A DNA stretch of 64,000 nt from Chthonomonadales bacterium (GCA_049967475.1 JBMFSQ010000008.1:32001-96000); one strand, 5' to 3'. Counted from the stretch's first letter, positions 51,560 through 62,568 are shown. Translations and numbers: made by a program. Notes: generated by a model from the letters alone, not told the origin.

Positions 51560-51571
51560 AGGAGCCGCACC

Positions 51572-52624
51572 GTGATCAAGAATGTTCCGTTCACTCCGGA
51601 TCAGGCATCTTCCTATGCGGCCCAGATGGATCCGCTGTTCTGGGTGCTGGTAATGCTTACCATCTTCTTCGCTGGGACGGTGCTGACGCTGCTGCTCTTC
51701 TTTGCCATTCGATACCGGCGGGGAGCTCGAGTGGATCGCTCCAATCCTCCCGACGAGCATCAGTTCCTGGAGATCACTTGGACGGTGATCCCGCTGCTGC
51801 TGGGATTGGGAGTGTTCGTATGGGGAGCCAAGTTGTATGCCGGTGCCTTCGGCCCTCCCCCTGCCAATGCTCTCGAGATCTTTGTGGTAGGCAAGCAGTG
51901 GATGTGGCACATACAACATTCCAACGGTGTGCGCGAGAACAATGAGCTTCACGTGCCCTTGGGCCGGCCCGTCGCACTGACGATGATCTCCCAGGATGTT
52001 ATCCATGACTTCTACGTGCCCGAGTTCCGCATCCATGTAGACGTAGTGCCTGGGCGGTACACGCGGGAGTGGTTCACTCCCATCAAGATCGGCCGGTACC
52101 GGCTGTTCTGCGCCCAATACTGTGGAACGGACCACTCCAAGATGACCGGGTGGGTTACCGTAATGGATCCGGCGGATTATGCGCGCTGGCTTGCAAACGG
52201 AGGCCAGGAAGTGCCGGCGGCGCCCAAGACCATGGCTGCGCTGGGAGCGGATCTTTATCAACGGGAGGGTTGCGCGCAATGTCACGATCCCGGCGCGCCG
52301 GGGCATGGGCCAGTTCTTACAGGCCTGTACGGATCCATCGTAACGAAGCCTTCTGGCGAAAAGGTCGTGGCGGATGCAGCATACCTGCGGGAACAGATCC
52401 TGACGCCGGTGGATCGGGTAGCGCCCAAGTATCAACAAATCATGCCCTCCTACAAAGGGCAGCTTACTGAGGAGCAGGTGCTCCAGCTCATCGAATACAT
52501 CAAATCGCTCGGCCCTCAGAACCCGGCTTCTGCGGAGCCTGCGCCGGCGAGCATGAAGAAGCCCGCGGGTGTGCAGGGTGGGGGCAAGAGCGGCAACTTG
52601 GCCGCTAAAGAGAAGAGCCAATGA
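51572..52624 (+). CDS. coxB: Cytochrome c oxidase subunit II with fused cytochrome c (caa3 type)
   Basis: LEITWT, KQWMW, DVIH, CuA motif [12 protein letters not shown] and C-terminal CAQCH. Confidence 0.95.
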   Translation: MIKNVPFTPDQASSYAAQMDPLFWVLVMLTIFFAGTVLTLLLFFAIRYRRGARVDRSNPPDEHQFLEITWTVIPLLLGLGVFVWGAKLYAGAFGPPPANALEIFVVGKQWMWHIQHSNGVRENNELHVPLGRPVALTMISQDVIHDFYVPEFRIHVDVVPGRYTREWFTPIKIGRYRLFCAQYCGTDHSKMTGWVTVMDPADYARWLANGGQEVPAAPKTMAALGADLYQREGCAQCHDPGAPGHGPVLTGLYGSIVTKPSGEKVVADAAYLREQILTPVDRVAPKYQQIMPSYKGQLTEEQVLQLIEYIKSLGPQNPASAEPAPASMKKPAGVQGGGKSGNLAAKEKSQ

Positions 52625-54354
52625 GTGTTCAGACCCTCGAAGTGAATGCCCAATCGGCGCCCGAGCCCAGCGAAGAGCGCGTCAACTACTTGAACGTGGA
52701 TCACTCGCTGAAGTCGTGGCTGCTAACGCTGGATCATAAGCGCATCGCGATCCTTTACATGGTCTCTATCTCGCTCATGTTTGTGCTGGGCGGGGCAGCA
52801 GCAGCTATGGTGCGGCTCGAGTTGACCTCCCCGCACGGTCTCCTGCTGTCCAATGAGACCTACAACAAGATGTTCTCTGCCCACGGCATCATTATGGTGT
52901 TCTTCTTTATGGTGCCGTCCATCCCTGCCGTGCTGGGCAACTTTTGCCTGCCCCTCATGATTGGGTGCCGCGACTTGGCCTTCCCGCGGCTGAACTTGCT
53001 GAGCTGGTACCTGTTCACTATCGGCGGCATCGTGGCCCTCGCTGCAATTTTGAGCGGCGGCGTGGATACCGGATGGACCTTCTATACACCGTTCAGCAGC
53101 GTCTACAGTAACTCCAACGTTGTTGCTACGATCATCGGCGTGTTTATCGCTGGGTTCTCATCCATCGCTACCGGGCTCAATTTCATCGTCACCGTGCACA
53201 AGATGCGGGCGCCGGGCCTTACTTGGTTCAGGCTGCCGCTCTTCGTATGGGCCATTTACGCCACCAGCGTGATTATCGTGTTGGGGACGCCGGTGGTGGC
53301 CATTACCCTGCTCTTAGTGGTGGTGGAGCGCACGCTGCATCTAGGCATTTTCGATCCGGCTTTGGGCGGTGATCCGGTGCTGTTTCAGCACATGTTCTGG
53401 TTCTATAGCCACCCGGCTGTTTATATCATGATCTTGCCCTCGATGGGTGTGATGAGCGAGGTCATCTCGGCCTTCTGCCGGAAGCGCATCTTCGGATACA
53501 AGTTTGTAGCCTTTTCCAGTATCGCGATTGCCGTGTTCGGCTTCCTGGTGTGGGGCCATCACATGTTCGTGTCCAGCCAGTCCGTGTACGCAGGTATGGT
53601 CTTTTCGGTGCTGAGCTTCATGGTGGCGGTTCCTTCAGCCATCAAGACGTTCAACTGGACGGCGACGGTTTACAAGGGGCGGGTGTGGTTCACTGCGCCG
53701 ATGCTGTTTGCCTTGGGCTTCATGGGCCTTTTTGTGGTGGGCGGGTTGACGGGCCTGTATCTGGCGTGTTTGGCCACGGATGTGCACTTGCACGACACCT
53801 ATTTTGTGATTGCCCACTTCCACTACATTATGGTGGGGGGCGCGATCATGGGGTACATGGCCGGCCTCCACTTCTGGTGGCCCAAGATGACGGGGAAGCT
53901 CTACCCCGAGAATTGGGCGAAACTGGCTGCCGGGATCATCTTCATCGGCTTTAACCTGACGTTCTTCCCGCAATTCATTTTGGGCTGGCTCGGCAATCCG
54001 CGACGCTATCACATTTATCCGGAGGAATTCCAGGTGTGGCACGTTCTGTCGTCGGCCGGCAGCTCAATCCTGGCTGTGGGGTACATCATACCGCTGTTCT
54101 ATCTGCTCTGGTCCCTCAAATACGGCCGGGAGGCGGGTCGCAATCCGTGGGGGGCCGTGGGTTTGGAATGGACCCATGCCGACTCCCCGCCGCATCCCCA
54201 CAATTTCCATGAGGTGCCTGTGGTAACGTGGGAAGCGTATGCGTACGAACCGGAGGAGGTCGAAGAGGAGCGTTACGGTCGGCCTGATGTGGATGCAGAG
54301 GCCGCCATGTGGGCAGCGCCCGGGCCCGGCAATTCGGCAGGAGAGAATTCATGA
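52621..54354 (+). CDS. coxA: Cytochrome c oxidase subunit I (A2 type)
   Basis: [30 protein letters not shown] and PRRY. Confidence 0.97.
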   Translation: MSVQTLEVNAQSAPEPSEERVNYLNVDHSLKSWLLTLDHKRIAILYMVSISLMFVLGGAAAAMVRLELTSPHGLLLSNETYNKMFSAHGIIMVFFFMVPSIPAVLGNFCLPLMIGCRDLAFPRLNLLSWYLFTIGGIVALAAILSGGVDTGWTFYTPFSSVYSNSNVVATIIGVFIAGFSSIATGLNFIVTVHKMRAPGLTWFRLPLFVWAIYATSVIIVLGTPVVAITLLLVVVERTLHLGIFDPALGGDPVLFQHMFWFYSHPAVYIMILPSMGVMSEVISAFCRKRIFGYKFVAFSSIAIAVFGFLVWGHHMFVSSQSVYAGMVFSVLSFMVAVPSAIKTFNWTATVYKGRVWFTAPMLFALGFMGLFVVGGLTGLYLACLATDVHLHDTYFVIAHFHYIMVGGAIMGYMAGLHFWWPKMTGKLYPENWAKLAAGIIFIGFNLTFFPQFILGWLGNPRRYHIYPEEFQVWHVLSSAGSSILAVGYIIPLFYLLWSLKYGREAGRNPWGAVGLEWTHADSPPHPHNFHEVPVVTWEAYAYEPEEVEEERYGRPDVDAEAAMWAAPGPGNSAGENS

Positions 54355-55076
54355 GCGTTGAAGCGATCCAGGCCGCCCCGCAAGAGCTTTCGGAGCAGTA
54401 CGAAGACCTGTCTCAGCAGAACGAAGCCTATGTGGTGGGAATGTGGGCCTTCCTCGTGACGGAGATCATGTTCTTCGGGGCGCTTTTCCTGGCGTACATC
54501 GTATACCGTACGGCGTATCCCGAGGTTTTCCGAGATGCCCATCATCACCTGGATGTGGTCCTCGGAACGATCAATACTACGGTACTCCTCACCAGTTCGC
54601 TGTTCATGGCCCTAGCCGTTCATGCGGCGCAGATAGGTAGGAAGGCTGCCCAGATCCGGTGGACGCTCCTTGTGATGCTTTGTGCGTTGACCTTCCTGGT
54701 GATCAAGGGGTTCGAATACCACAACAAATACGTAGAGCACCTGATCCCCGGCCCTTCATTCCAATATCACAGCGTGGGTGAGATGGGCGGGAGCCACGCC
54801 TCACCGTCTGCTGCGGAAGGCGGTTTCGCGGTGCCGCGCGGTATTCCCAGAGACAAAGCCCAAATGTTCTTCGTGCTCTATTTCTGCATGACGGGCCTCC
54901 ACGGCATCCACGTGGTGATCGGTCTGATTGTGATGGCTGTGCTGGTATGGCTTACGCGCCGGAATAGTGCCCTGGTGCGGGATTATATGCCCCTGGAGAT
55001 GGCCGGCCTGTACTGGCACTTTGTTGATATCGTTTGGATCTTCCTGTTCCCGCTTTTCTACCTGATACCCAAGTGA
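54351..55076 (+). CDS. coxC: Cytochrome c oxidase subunit III
   Basis: GMW.FL.TE.MFF, TGLHG.HV and [13 protein letters not shown] overlap with coxA. Confidence 0.94.
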   Translation: MSVEAIQAAPQELSEQYEDLSQQNEAYVVGMWAFLVTEIMFFGALFLAYIVYRTAYPEVFRDAHHHLDVVLGTINTTVLLTSSLFMALAVHAAQIGRKAAQIRWTLLVMLCALTFLVIKGFEYHNKYVEHLIPGPSFQYHSVGEMGGSHASPSAAEGGFAVPRGIPRDKAQMFFVLYFCMTGLHGIHVVIGLIVMAVLVWLTRRNSALVRDYMPLEMAGLYWHFVDIVWIFLFPLFYLIPK

Positions 55077-55101
55077 TCCCTGGCACTGCGAGGAGTTTGT
55101 A

Positions 55102-55413
55102 ATGCAATCCGAAGAGGCATCGCATCCTATCACGCCGCCGGCGGTATACCTGAAGACATACGCCGTGCTGCTCGTGCTCATGCTCCTTACCGTGGGCGTG
55201 GCCCAAGTGCACCTTGGCCCTCTCAACAATGCCGTAGCCCTTGGCATTGCCGTGACCAAGGCTGTGCTTGTGGTGCTGTATTTCATGCAGGTGCGGTATT
55301 CCACGCGCCTTGTGTGGGTGTGGGCAGGCATCGGGTTCCTTTGGCTATTGCTGCTTTTTGGTACGATGCAGGATTACCTTACGCGGCCGTGGGTTCCGAT
55401 CCACGGCTGGTAG
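55102..55413 (+). CDS. Cytochrome c oxidase subunit IV (caa3 CtaF-like)
   Basis: Three TM helices, KA.LVVLYFM and DYLTR; last gene of the cox operon. Confidence 0.85.
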   Translation: MQSEEASHPITPPAVYLKTYAVLLVLMLLTVGVAQVHLGPLNNAVALGIAVTKAVLVVLYFMQVRYSTRLVWVWAGIGFLWLLLLFGTMQDYLTRPWVPIHGW

Positions 55414-55436
55414 CAGTCGTTCAGCCGCGCCGTGCG

Positions 55437-55467
55437 AGGCCGGGGTTCAACTCCGGCCTTTTTTGTT
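55437..55467 (+). terminator. Intrinsic terminator of the act-cox operon
   Basis: AGGCCGGGG-TTCAA-CTCCGGCCT followed by a T run. Confidence 0.88.
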
Positions 55468-55505
55468 CAGTGAAGTGGAAACAGATAGTGACGTACACAA
55501 AATGG

Positions 55506-55535
55506 TTGACATGCGTATCCACCTTGTGATACCAT
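55506..55535 (+). promoter_or_regulatory. sigma70-type promoter
   Basis: TTGACA-18 bp-TACCAT with TG extension. Confidence 0.55.
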
Positions 55536-55574
55536 GGTGGCACATGCTCCGCAGTGGGTCACAAGGAGGGCGAC

Positions 55575-56105
55575 ATGGCAGCGACTTCCACCATCCAGGC
55601 AGTTTGCAGAGGGAGAGAAAGCCGTTGTTTTGTGTGGCGGCGATGGGCGGTTGCAGGGGCGGTTCTCGGCACGTGCGTAGTTCCGTACGCGATGCGTGGG
55701 AGTGCGGAAAGCGGCCCTCTGCAGCGATTGCGGGCGCCTGTTCCAGCCCGTGCGGCGGTGATGCTTTTGAGCGCAACTGCCTCGCGGGACGCAGGGTATG
55801 TGACGGTAGCAGGTGAGGTGCGCAACGCATCACGGCGCAATCTGGCGGGCGCTGAGGTGGTGCTGGAACTGTTCGACGGGAATGGCCGGTGCATTGCGGT
55901 AGAACCGGCGATCCTTGCGCGTGCTGTTGTGCCGCCGGGCACAGCATCGTCCTTCCAGGTGACGGCCGAGGATTGGGGGAAGGCACAGCGCTATCGGCTG
56001 GAGTTCCGCGAGATTGACGGCGCCGTTCTGGAATGCCTCGACAACGCGCAGAACGGACCGGTTACGCGTTGTCCGGCACAGGAATGCGCCGGTGCCAATC
56101 GGTAA
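55575..56105 (+). CDS. FxLYD-domain (Ig-like) protein
   Basis: V.GEVRN...V.LELFDGNG...V.PG...SF pattern; AAGGAGG SD. Confidence 0.7.
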   Translation: MAATSTIQAVCRGRESRCFVWRRWAVAGAVLGTCVVPYAMRGSAESGPLQRLRAPVPARAAVMLLSATASRDAGYVTVAGEVRNASRRNLAGAEVVLELFDGNGRCIAVEPAILARAVVPPGTASSFQVTAEDWGKAQRYRLEFREIDGAVLECLDNAQNGPVTRCPAQECAGANR

Positions 56106-57471
56106 CGCTTTGAAACGCCTGGGCCAAGCGGAGGATGGCGGCTTCGCCGTAGGGAGGCCCTATGATCTCCAGACCGAGAGGCAGGCCGTCGGCGTCGAAC
56201 CCCATGGGAAGCGAGATGCTGGGCCAGCCGAGAAGGTTGCCCGGGCCGCCGTTGCCTCCCATGTGTACCCAACTCTCATCGAGGCTCTTTGACACCGGTG
56301 GCGCGCCATGAAGCAGGGTAGGCGCGATGAGCGCGTCGAAGCGCTGGAAAATCGCCACAGCTTGGGGAGCAGCGAGCGTTCTGACCCGCATCGCACGAAG
56401 ATACTCCACTCCTGGGATGGCGAGCCCGGCGAGGAGGCCGGCTTGCTGGCTGCGGTCCCGAAGCAGGGCCAGCTTCGGAGAGCGGATCAGGTTCTCGAAG
56501 GCAGAAGCGCCCTCCACGGAGATGATGGTGTCCGCTGCTGCGTCATAGGGGAAGTCGGGTAGCTTGGCATCTGCCAGCTCGGCATGGAGGCGCGTAGTGA
56601 GGACGGAACATGCCTCCTGGAATGCCTGTTGGGCTGCGTGGGCTTCGTTGGCACCGAAATCCGTGGGCAGCAGACCCAGGCGAACGGGCCGCGGGAGGCG
56701 GCCACGCGGGTCGTAGTGAAACCGCTGATCCCAAGCCGATGGATCCCGGGCGTCGGGACCGGCAAGGATCGTCAGCAGGATTGCGCAGTCTTCAGCCGTC
56801 CGCGCCATGGGGCCGATCTTGTCCATCGTCCATGAGAGGGCCATAGCTCCGAACCGGGAGATGCGCCCGTAGGTAGGCCGCAGACCTGTGATGCCGCAAA
56901 AGGCACTGGGCACAGTAATGGATCCCCAGGTCTCTGTTCCAAGGGCAAACCCAACGAGGCCGGCGGCGACTGCCGCACCGGAGCCGCTGGAGGAGCCTCC
57001 GGCCCATCGCTGCATGTTCCACGGATTGAGGCAAGGACCGGTGATGGATGCCGATGCGTACTCGTACCCTCCGCCCCCTGCGAGTTCGATCATGGCGAGC
57101 TTCGCCACGAGCACCGCACCGGCTGCCTGCAGCTTCTCGATGGCCGCAGCGTTGAAGCGGAAGACTTGGTCGGCATGGGCTGGTGATCCCCACTGGCAGG
57201 GTACGTCCCGAACCGCGAAGAGATCTTTGGCTCCGAATGGGACGCCGTGGATGGGGCTGCGCACATGACCGGCGGCTATCTCTCTGTCTGCAGCGCGAGC
57301 CTGCTCCATCGCTTGATCCCGCATTAAAAAGGCCAACGCGTTCAGCTTCCGGCCCAATGTGTCCAGCCGATGGAGATAGGCTGAAGTGAGGGCTTCCGAC
57401 GTAATCTCTCGTCGCCGGATGAGGCGGCCTTGATCGAGGGCAGGCAGATGGACGACCTTGTCAGGATCCAT
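56062..57471 (-). CDS. Amidase signature family enzyme (GatA/AtzE-like)
   Basis: HGVPFGAKDL, NPWN, GGSSSGS, GTETWGSI and GLRPTYGR. ATG at 57471; no signal peptide. Confidence 0.9.
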   Translation of the reverse strand: MDPDKVVHLPALDQGRLIRRREITSEALTSAYLHRLDTLGRKLNALAFLMRDQAMEQARAADREIAAGHVRSPIHGVPFGAKDLFAVRDVPCQWGSPAHADQVFRFNAAAIEKLQAAGAVLVAKLAMIELAGGGGYEYASASITGPCLNPWNMQRWAGGSSSGSGAAVAAGLVGFALGTETWGSITVPSAFCGITGLRPTYGRISRFGAMALSWTMDKIGPMARTAEDCAILLTILAGPDARDPSAWDQRFHYDPRGRLPRPVRLGLLPTDFGANEAHAAQQAFQEACSVLTTRLHAELADAKLPDFPYDAAADTIISVEGASAFENLIRSPKLALLRDRSQQAGLLAGLAIPGVEYLRAMRVRTLAAPQAVAIFQRFDALIAPTLLHGAPPVSKSLDESWVHMGGNGGPGNLLGWPSISLPMGFDADGLPLGLEIIGPPYGEAAILRLAQAFQSVTDWHRRIPVPDNA

Positions 57472-57775
57472 GGTGCTTCTGCGCCTGTGGAGGAACGGGA
57501 TGGAAGATGAATGCGGGCTCAGTACCGTCGGGAATGATGAGCGTCTGTTTGCTCCAGGTGGTGGCGTTCTGCTTGACGGCGGAATGCACAGCCGCGCGCA
57601 GGTCGTCGGCAATGGGCCGTCCGAGAGCACGTTCGATCAAAACCTCTGCTGCGTCCTGAACGTCCGGCAAGGGAGCTGCCTGAGTGGCGTCTCCGACCGC
57701 GCTCAAGCCTGCAGCCAAAAGAGCAGCCTTGCCTAGATCCCGCCGTGTGAGCCTATGCCGTTTCTTCTTGTCCAT
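57461..57775 (-). CDS. Small Tat-signal protein, AtzG/GatC-like putative amidase partner
   Basis: LTRRDLG twin-arginine signal with A-x-A site and C-terminal EPAFIF; overlaps the amidase start by 11 nt; GGAG SD. Confidence 0.65.
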   Translation of the reverse strand: MDKKKRHRLTRRDLGKAALLAAGLSAVGDATQAAPLPDVQDAAEVLIERALGRPIADDLRAAVHSAVKQNATTWSKQTLIIPDGTEPAFIFHPVPPQAQKHHGS

Positions 57776-57911
57776 AGTGTGGTAGCTCCCGGAGACCTTT
57801 TCGTCTGGACCTTTATGCCTTTCTTTGCGTGGAGGGCGCGAAGTACCCCAGGTACAGCGAAGACCGGGCGAGCGTACAGAAAGCGCGCCGCCCGGCCCTC
57901 TGAATGCGCTG

Positions 57912-57984
57912 TGAGGGCGCTGGGACTCGAACCCAGGACACCCGCCTTAAAAGGGCGGTGCTCTGCCGACTGAGCTACACCCTC
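57912..57984 (-). tRNA. tRNA-Lys(TTT)
   Basis: Minus strand GAGGGTGTAGCTCAG...CCGCC-CTTTTAA-GGCGG...GGTTCGAGTCC...CGCCCTCA. Confidence 0.97.
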
Positions 57985-58034
57985 GCCGTTGTGCGGCCCT
58001 CCTCAGGGACGAGGTTCGAGCCGCATTCCACGGC

Positions 58035-61000
58035 TTATTCTACACCATCTTCGAGGTCTGATGAACCGTTCTCGGCCATGTCTTCAAAGGGCTCGACATC
58101 AGCGTCTTCATCCTCTGCACCGATGCCGGTTGGCTCCAACTCCTCATCAGCTTCGGCCTGGTCCTCAGCCGAGCTGCGCAAGCCGGCGGAGAAATGCGAT
58201 GCTGCGTCCTCTTCATCTTCCGGTGCGGGAGTGAGCTGTTTCAAGAGCTCTTCGTGGCGCCGAGGCTGTTCTGTGATGATGCGCTCTCCATCGGGCGTAC
58301 CCGGCTCCAGGGAGCGATACCGCGGGAGGCCCGTGCCCGCCGGAATGAGCCTTCCGATGATCACGTTCTCCTTCAACCCCAGGAGTTCGTCCTTCTTGCC
58401 GCGGACGGCAGCTTCGGTGAGGACGCGGGTAGTCTTTTGGAAGGATGCCGCAGACAGGAAGCTATCTGTGGCCAGCGATGCCTCCGTGATGCCCAGCAGA
58501 ACCCAATCCGCCGTAGCTTCCTTTCCTCCAATGGCGCGAACTCGAGCATTCTCATCCTGGAAGGCGAACTTATCCACGATTTGGCCCGGCAAGAACGACG
58601 TGTCCCCGGGCTCGCGCACCTTGCGCTTCTTGAGCATCTGGCGCACGATCACTTCCACGTGTTTGTCGTTGATCTCAACGCCTTGGCCTTTGTATACCTT
58701 CTGGATCTCGCGCACGAGGTAGTCCTGCACGCCGCGGGGTCCCTGGATCTGCAGGACCTTCTCTGGATCTAGGGGGCCGTCTGTTAGGCGGTCCCCAGGA
58801 GCCACGGTGTCGCCGGGCTTGACCTCCAGTTCACCGCGGTAGGGAACCAGGGCCTGTTTGCGCAGAACGACTTCCTTGACGCCGGCTTCCTTGAGGCGCC
58901 GGTAGATGCGCTCGGTGATGACGTCGCCTGCTTTGGCGAGTACTTCTCCGTCGGCATCAAGAACGTCTTCCATAACCGTTTCGCCGACGAAGTGGGACGG
59001 CACATCGTCCATGGGAACTGGAGAGGCGAGTACCACGTGCCGCAGTCCTTTGGTTTCAATGGCAACCACCTTGCCGCCGAGTTCCGTTATGATGGCCTGG
59101 CCCTTGGGTTTCCGCGCCTCGAAGAGCTCGACCACCCTCAAGAGACCCTGCACCTGATCTTCCAGCACTTTGAGGACTGCCTGCACGGATTTTGCGCGTT
59201 CGCGCTCCGATCCGCCCTCTTCGTCGAACGTTACCAGTCCTCTGCGGATGTCGTCGTGGAGGTCGCGAAGGGTTGCCTGCCGCTTCTGCTTCACATTGGC
59301 CACGCCGGTGAGGTACTTGCCGGCGACGCCGCCCGTGTGGAAGGTGCGCATGGTGAGCTGCGTACCCGGCTCACCGATGGACTGAGCCGCGATGATGCCT
59401 ACGGCTACACCGATGTCTACAACCTTGCCGGTAGCAAGATCCCGTCCATAGCACTTGGCGCACACACCGTGCCGCAGTTCGCAGGTTAGGACGGAGCGGA
59501 GCCCCACCTTCTTAATGCCGCGGGCTTCCACTTCGCGGGCTGCATCGTCCGAGATTTCGGTGTTGGCTTCCACCAGCACTTCACCGGTGGCAGGATCCAC
59601 TATGTCCTCGAGGGCGAAGCGCCCGCGAATGCGGTCACTCAGCTTCTCGATGACCTCGTCCCCTTCGACGATTTCCTCCACGTAGATGCCGTTCGTGGTG
59701 CCGCAGTCGTCGCCGCGCACGATGACGTCCTGGGACACGTCCACCAGACGCCGTGTGAGATAACCGGCATCTGCGGTGCGGAGGGCTGTGTCGGCCAGAC
59801 CTTTGCGGGCACCGTGAGTGGAGATGAAGTACTCGAGCACATTGAGTCCTTCATGGAAGTTGGATTTGATGGGCAGCTCCTCGATGAGATTGCCGAACGG
59901 GTCCGACATGAGCCCGCGCATGCCGGAGAGCTGGGTGAGCTGCTTGGTTGAACCCCGGGCACCTGAGTCCGTAATCAGATAGATGGGGTTGAAGTGGCCG
60001 ATGCCTTCCAAGATTGCCGCGGCTACGCGATCTGCAGCCTGCATCCATAAATTAAGCACCTGCTGTTTGCGCTCGCCGAGGGTGAGGGTTCCCCGCCGGT
60101 ATTGGCGGTTCAGGCGCTCGACGGCGGCCTCAGTTTCTCGGAGGATCTCGTCACGCTTGGCGGGGATGTCCATATCGGTCATGGAAATGGTGATGCCGGC
60201 ACTCGTTGCGTACTTGAAGCCTAGGGCCTTGAGATCGTCCACGAAGCGAACCGTGACCTCTTTCCCGTGAAGGGCATACACTTCCCGCACGAGATCCGCC
60301 ACACCCTTCTTGTTGATCGTCGTGAACAGGTACTTATCCGTATACTTGAGCTTGGGCGGCAGGATGTTGTTGAGGATCAGGCGCCCAACTGTCGTGTACC
60401 GTGAGGGGTCGTCCCCCGAGCCCACCACTTGGGCGACGCCGTCACGCTCAATGCGTACCTGGATGGGCTCATGGAGCTTGATCTGGCCCATGTGGTAGGC
60501 AAGTTCCGCTTCTTCGGGACTGGAGAAGACGTAGTCCCGCGGGCGCTGGCCCTCGATGATCGTGGTGAGGTAGTAGGAACCCAGCACGATATCCTGAATG
60601 GGCGCAATGATGGGCCTGCCGTCCGCTGGTGAGAAAAGGTTGTGCGTCGAGAGCATCAGCACGCGGGCCTCCGCCTGGGCGTAGGCGGAGAGAGGCACGT
60701 GGACCGCCATCTGGTCGCCGTCGAAGTCGGCATTGAAGGCATGGCACACGAGGGGATGCACCTGGATGGCCTTGCCGTCCACGAGCACGGGCTCGAATGC
60801 TTGTATGCCCAACCGGTGCAGAGTAGGCGCGCGGTTGAGGAGCACCGGGTGTTCGTTGATTACCTCTTCGAGGGCGTCCCACACCTCGGGCTTCATTTTG
60901 TCAATCATCCGCTTAGCGGTCTTGATGTTGGTGGTGTATCCCCGCTCCACCAGCGTCTTCATTACGAAGGGCTTGAACAGTTCCAGCGCCATCTCTTTGG

Positions 61001-62378
61001 GGAGGCCGCATTGGTGGAGTTTGAGGTGCGGACCCACCACGATCACGGACCGGCCGGAATAGTCTACGCGCTTGCCCAGCAGGTTCTTGCGGAACCGCCC
61101 TTCTTTGCCCTTGAGCATGTCGGACAGGGACTTGAGCGGCCGGTTGTTGGATCCCACCACAGGCCGGGATCGGCGCCCGTTGTCAATGAGGGCATCCACG
61201 GCTTCTTGCAGCAGCCGCTTTTCGTGGTTGACGATGGACTCGGGTGCACGGATCTCCGTGATCTTTTTGAGGCGGTTGTTCCGGTTGATGATGCGGCGGT
61301 AGAGGTCGTTCAAGTCCGACGTGGCGAAGCGCCCGCCGTCGAGCTGCACCATAGGGCGCAATTCCGGCGAGATCACGGGGATGCAATCCAGGATCATCCA
61401 GGATGGGTGCGCTTTGCTGTTGATGAACGCTTCTGTAATCTCCAGACGCTTGATGGCCCGGGCGCGCTTAGGTCCCTGGGTGTTGGCCACTTCGTTGCGG
61501 AGTTCGCGTGCCAACTTCTCCAGATCAATCTCTAGGAGGAGTTCCTTCACGGCGGCGCCGCCAAGACCGGCCCGCACCACGCCCTGGAAGCTTTCGCCCA
61601 ACCGCCGAGTGAGGATCTCGATGAGGTGCTCCAGGTCCCGATATTGCTCTTCGGAGATGAGCTGCTTCTTATCTACCTTTTCCAGAAGTTGCACAGCCTC
61701 TTCCAGGCGCCGGATGCTCTCCTCGAGGTCGCGTTCCTCCTGCTTGATGCGCTCGTGGGTTCTCTTCAGGTCCTCTTGGATCTGTTCTTCGGACCAGCGG
61801 TGTTCGTCGGGCACATCCGGCTCGGTATGCGATTGCACTCTTTGCCGATGCTCGCGCATCGCGTGATCCGCCACGCCGTCCTTCTCGCGCTGGATCTCCT
61901 CGATCTCTTCACGGACGGCCGCGTGGATCTCGTCCATCTCGTTTGCGATGCGGGGGCGGTCCACGTGGGTCACGATGTAGCTGGCGAAGTAGAGGACCTT
62001 CTCCAGCGCCCTGGGAGACACGTCTAGGATGAGGGCCAGAGGACTGGGTACGCCCTTGAGGTACCAGATATGGGACACGGGCGCGGCCAGTTCGATATGG
62101 CCCATGCGCTCGCGGCGCACTTTGCTGCGGGTTACTTCCACACCGCACCGGTCACAGATGATACCTTTGTACTTGACCTTCTTATAGCGTCCGCAGTGGC
62201 ACTCCCAATCCTTCACGGGGCCGAAGATCTTTTCGCAGAAGAGCCCGTCGCGCTCGGGTTTGAAGGTGCGGTAGTTGATCGTTTCGGGCTTCTTGACTTC
62301 GCCATAGGACCACTTGCGGATCTCGTCTGGGGATGCGATGCCGATACGGATCTTTGAGAACGTGGTGGCGTCCGCCAT
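58035..62378 (-). CDS. rpoC: DNA-directed RNA polymerase subunit beta'
   Basis: [10 protein letters not shown], Zn finger, [33 protein letters not shown] and [12 protein letters not shown] at 62378 after GGAGGAG. Confidence 0.99.
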   Translation of the reverse strand: MADATTFSKIRIGIASPDEIRKWSYGEVKKPETINYRTFKPERDGLFCEKIFGPVKDWECHCGRYKKVKYKGIICDRCGVEVTRSKVRRERMGHIELAAPVSHIWYLKGVPSPLALILDVSPRALEKVLYFASYIVTHVDRPRIANEMDEIHAAVREEIEEIQREKDGVADHAMREHRQRVQSHTEPDVPDEHRWSEEQIQEDLKRTHERIKQEERDLEESIRRLEEAVQLLEKVDKKQLISEEQYRDLEHLIEILTRRLGESFQGVVRAGLGGAAVKELLLEIDLEKLARELRNEVANTQGPKRARAIKRLEITEAFINSKAHPSWMILDCIPVISPELRPMVQLDGGRFATSDLNDLYRRIINRNNRLKKITEIRAPESIVNHEKRLLQEAVDALIDNGRRSRPVVGSNNRPLKSLSDMLKGKEGRFRKNLLGKRVDYSGRSVIVVGPHLKLHQCGLPKEMALELFKPFVMKTLVERGYTTNIKTAKRMIDKMKPEVWDALEEVINEHPVLLNRAPTLHRLGIQAFEPVLVDGKAIQVHPLVCHAFNADFDGDQMAVHVPLSAYAQAEARVLMLSTHNLFSPADGRPIIAPIQDIVLGSYYLTTIIEGQRPRDYVFSSPEEAELAYHMGQIKLHEPIQVRIERDGVAQVVGSGDDPSRYTTVGRLILNNILPPKLKYTDKYLFTTINKKGVADLVREVYALHGKEVTVRFVDDLKALGFKYATSAGITISMTDMDIPAKRDEILRETEAAVERLNRQYRRGTLTLGERKQQVLNLWMQAADRVAAAILEGIGHFNPIYLITDSGARGSTKQLTQLSGMRGLMSDPFGNLIEELPIKSNFHEGLNVLEYFISTHGARKGLADTALRTADAGYLTRRLVDVSQDVIVRGDDCGTTNGIYVEEIVEGDEVIEKLSDRIRGRFALEDIVDPATGEVLVEANTEISDDAAREVEARGIKKVGLRSVLTCELRHGVCAKCYGRDLATGKVVDIGVAVGIIAAQSIGEPGTQLTMRTFHTGGVAGKYLTGVANVKQKRQATLRDLHDDIRRGLVTFDEEGGSERERAKSVQAVLKVLEDQVQGLLRVVELFEARKPKGQAIITELGGKVVAIETKGLRHVVLASPVPMDDVPSHFVGETVMEDVLDADGEVLAKAGDVITERIYRRLKEAGVKEVVLRKQALVPYRGELEVKPGDTVAPGDRLTDGPLDPEKVLQIQGPRGVQDYLVREIQKVYKGQGVEINDKHVEVIVRQMLKKRKVREPGDTSFLPGQIVDKFAFQDENARVRAIGGKEATADWVLLGITEASLATDSFLSAASFQKTTRVLTEAAVRGKKDELLGLKENVIIGRLIPAGTGLPRYRSLEPGTPDGERIITEQPRRHEELLKQLTPAPEDEEDAASHFSAGLRSSAEDQAEADEELEPTGIGAEDEDADVEPFEDMAENGSSDLEDGVE

Positions 62379-62568
62379 GCTGTCTCCTCCAAACAGTGTC
62401 GCAGCTAGGATGCAGCCGCTGCCGAACCCGGCCATCGAGCCCGGTTCCAAAGGGTGGTTTAGGACTGTACCTCTCTATGTGTGGGCGAGGTGTGCATGAT
62501 TAGGCAGGGCGCAAACTGTGCGCCGGGCGGGCTGCTGCAGTCGCCCATCCGGTGAACGCATTCTTGGA

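Noticed and set aside
56062..57471. Calling the amidase gatA
   Set aside because: No gatB nearby, a variant GTETWGSI loop, and a partner with a Tat signal.
57989..58031. GGTTCGAGCC...TTCCA resembling a tRNA T-arm on the plus strand
   Set aside because: No cloverleaf can be built; it is better explained as an arm of the intergenic hairpin.
62379..62568. 190-nt rpoB-rpoC spacer with GC hairpins
   Set aside because: The short stems are expected at this GC content; no U tail or known motif.
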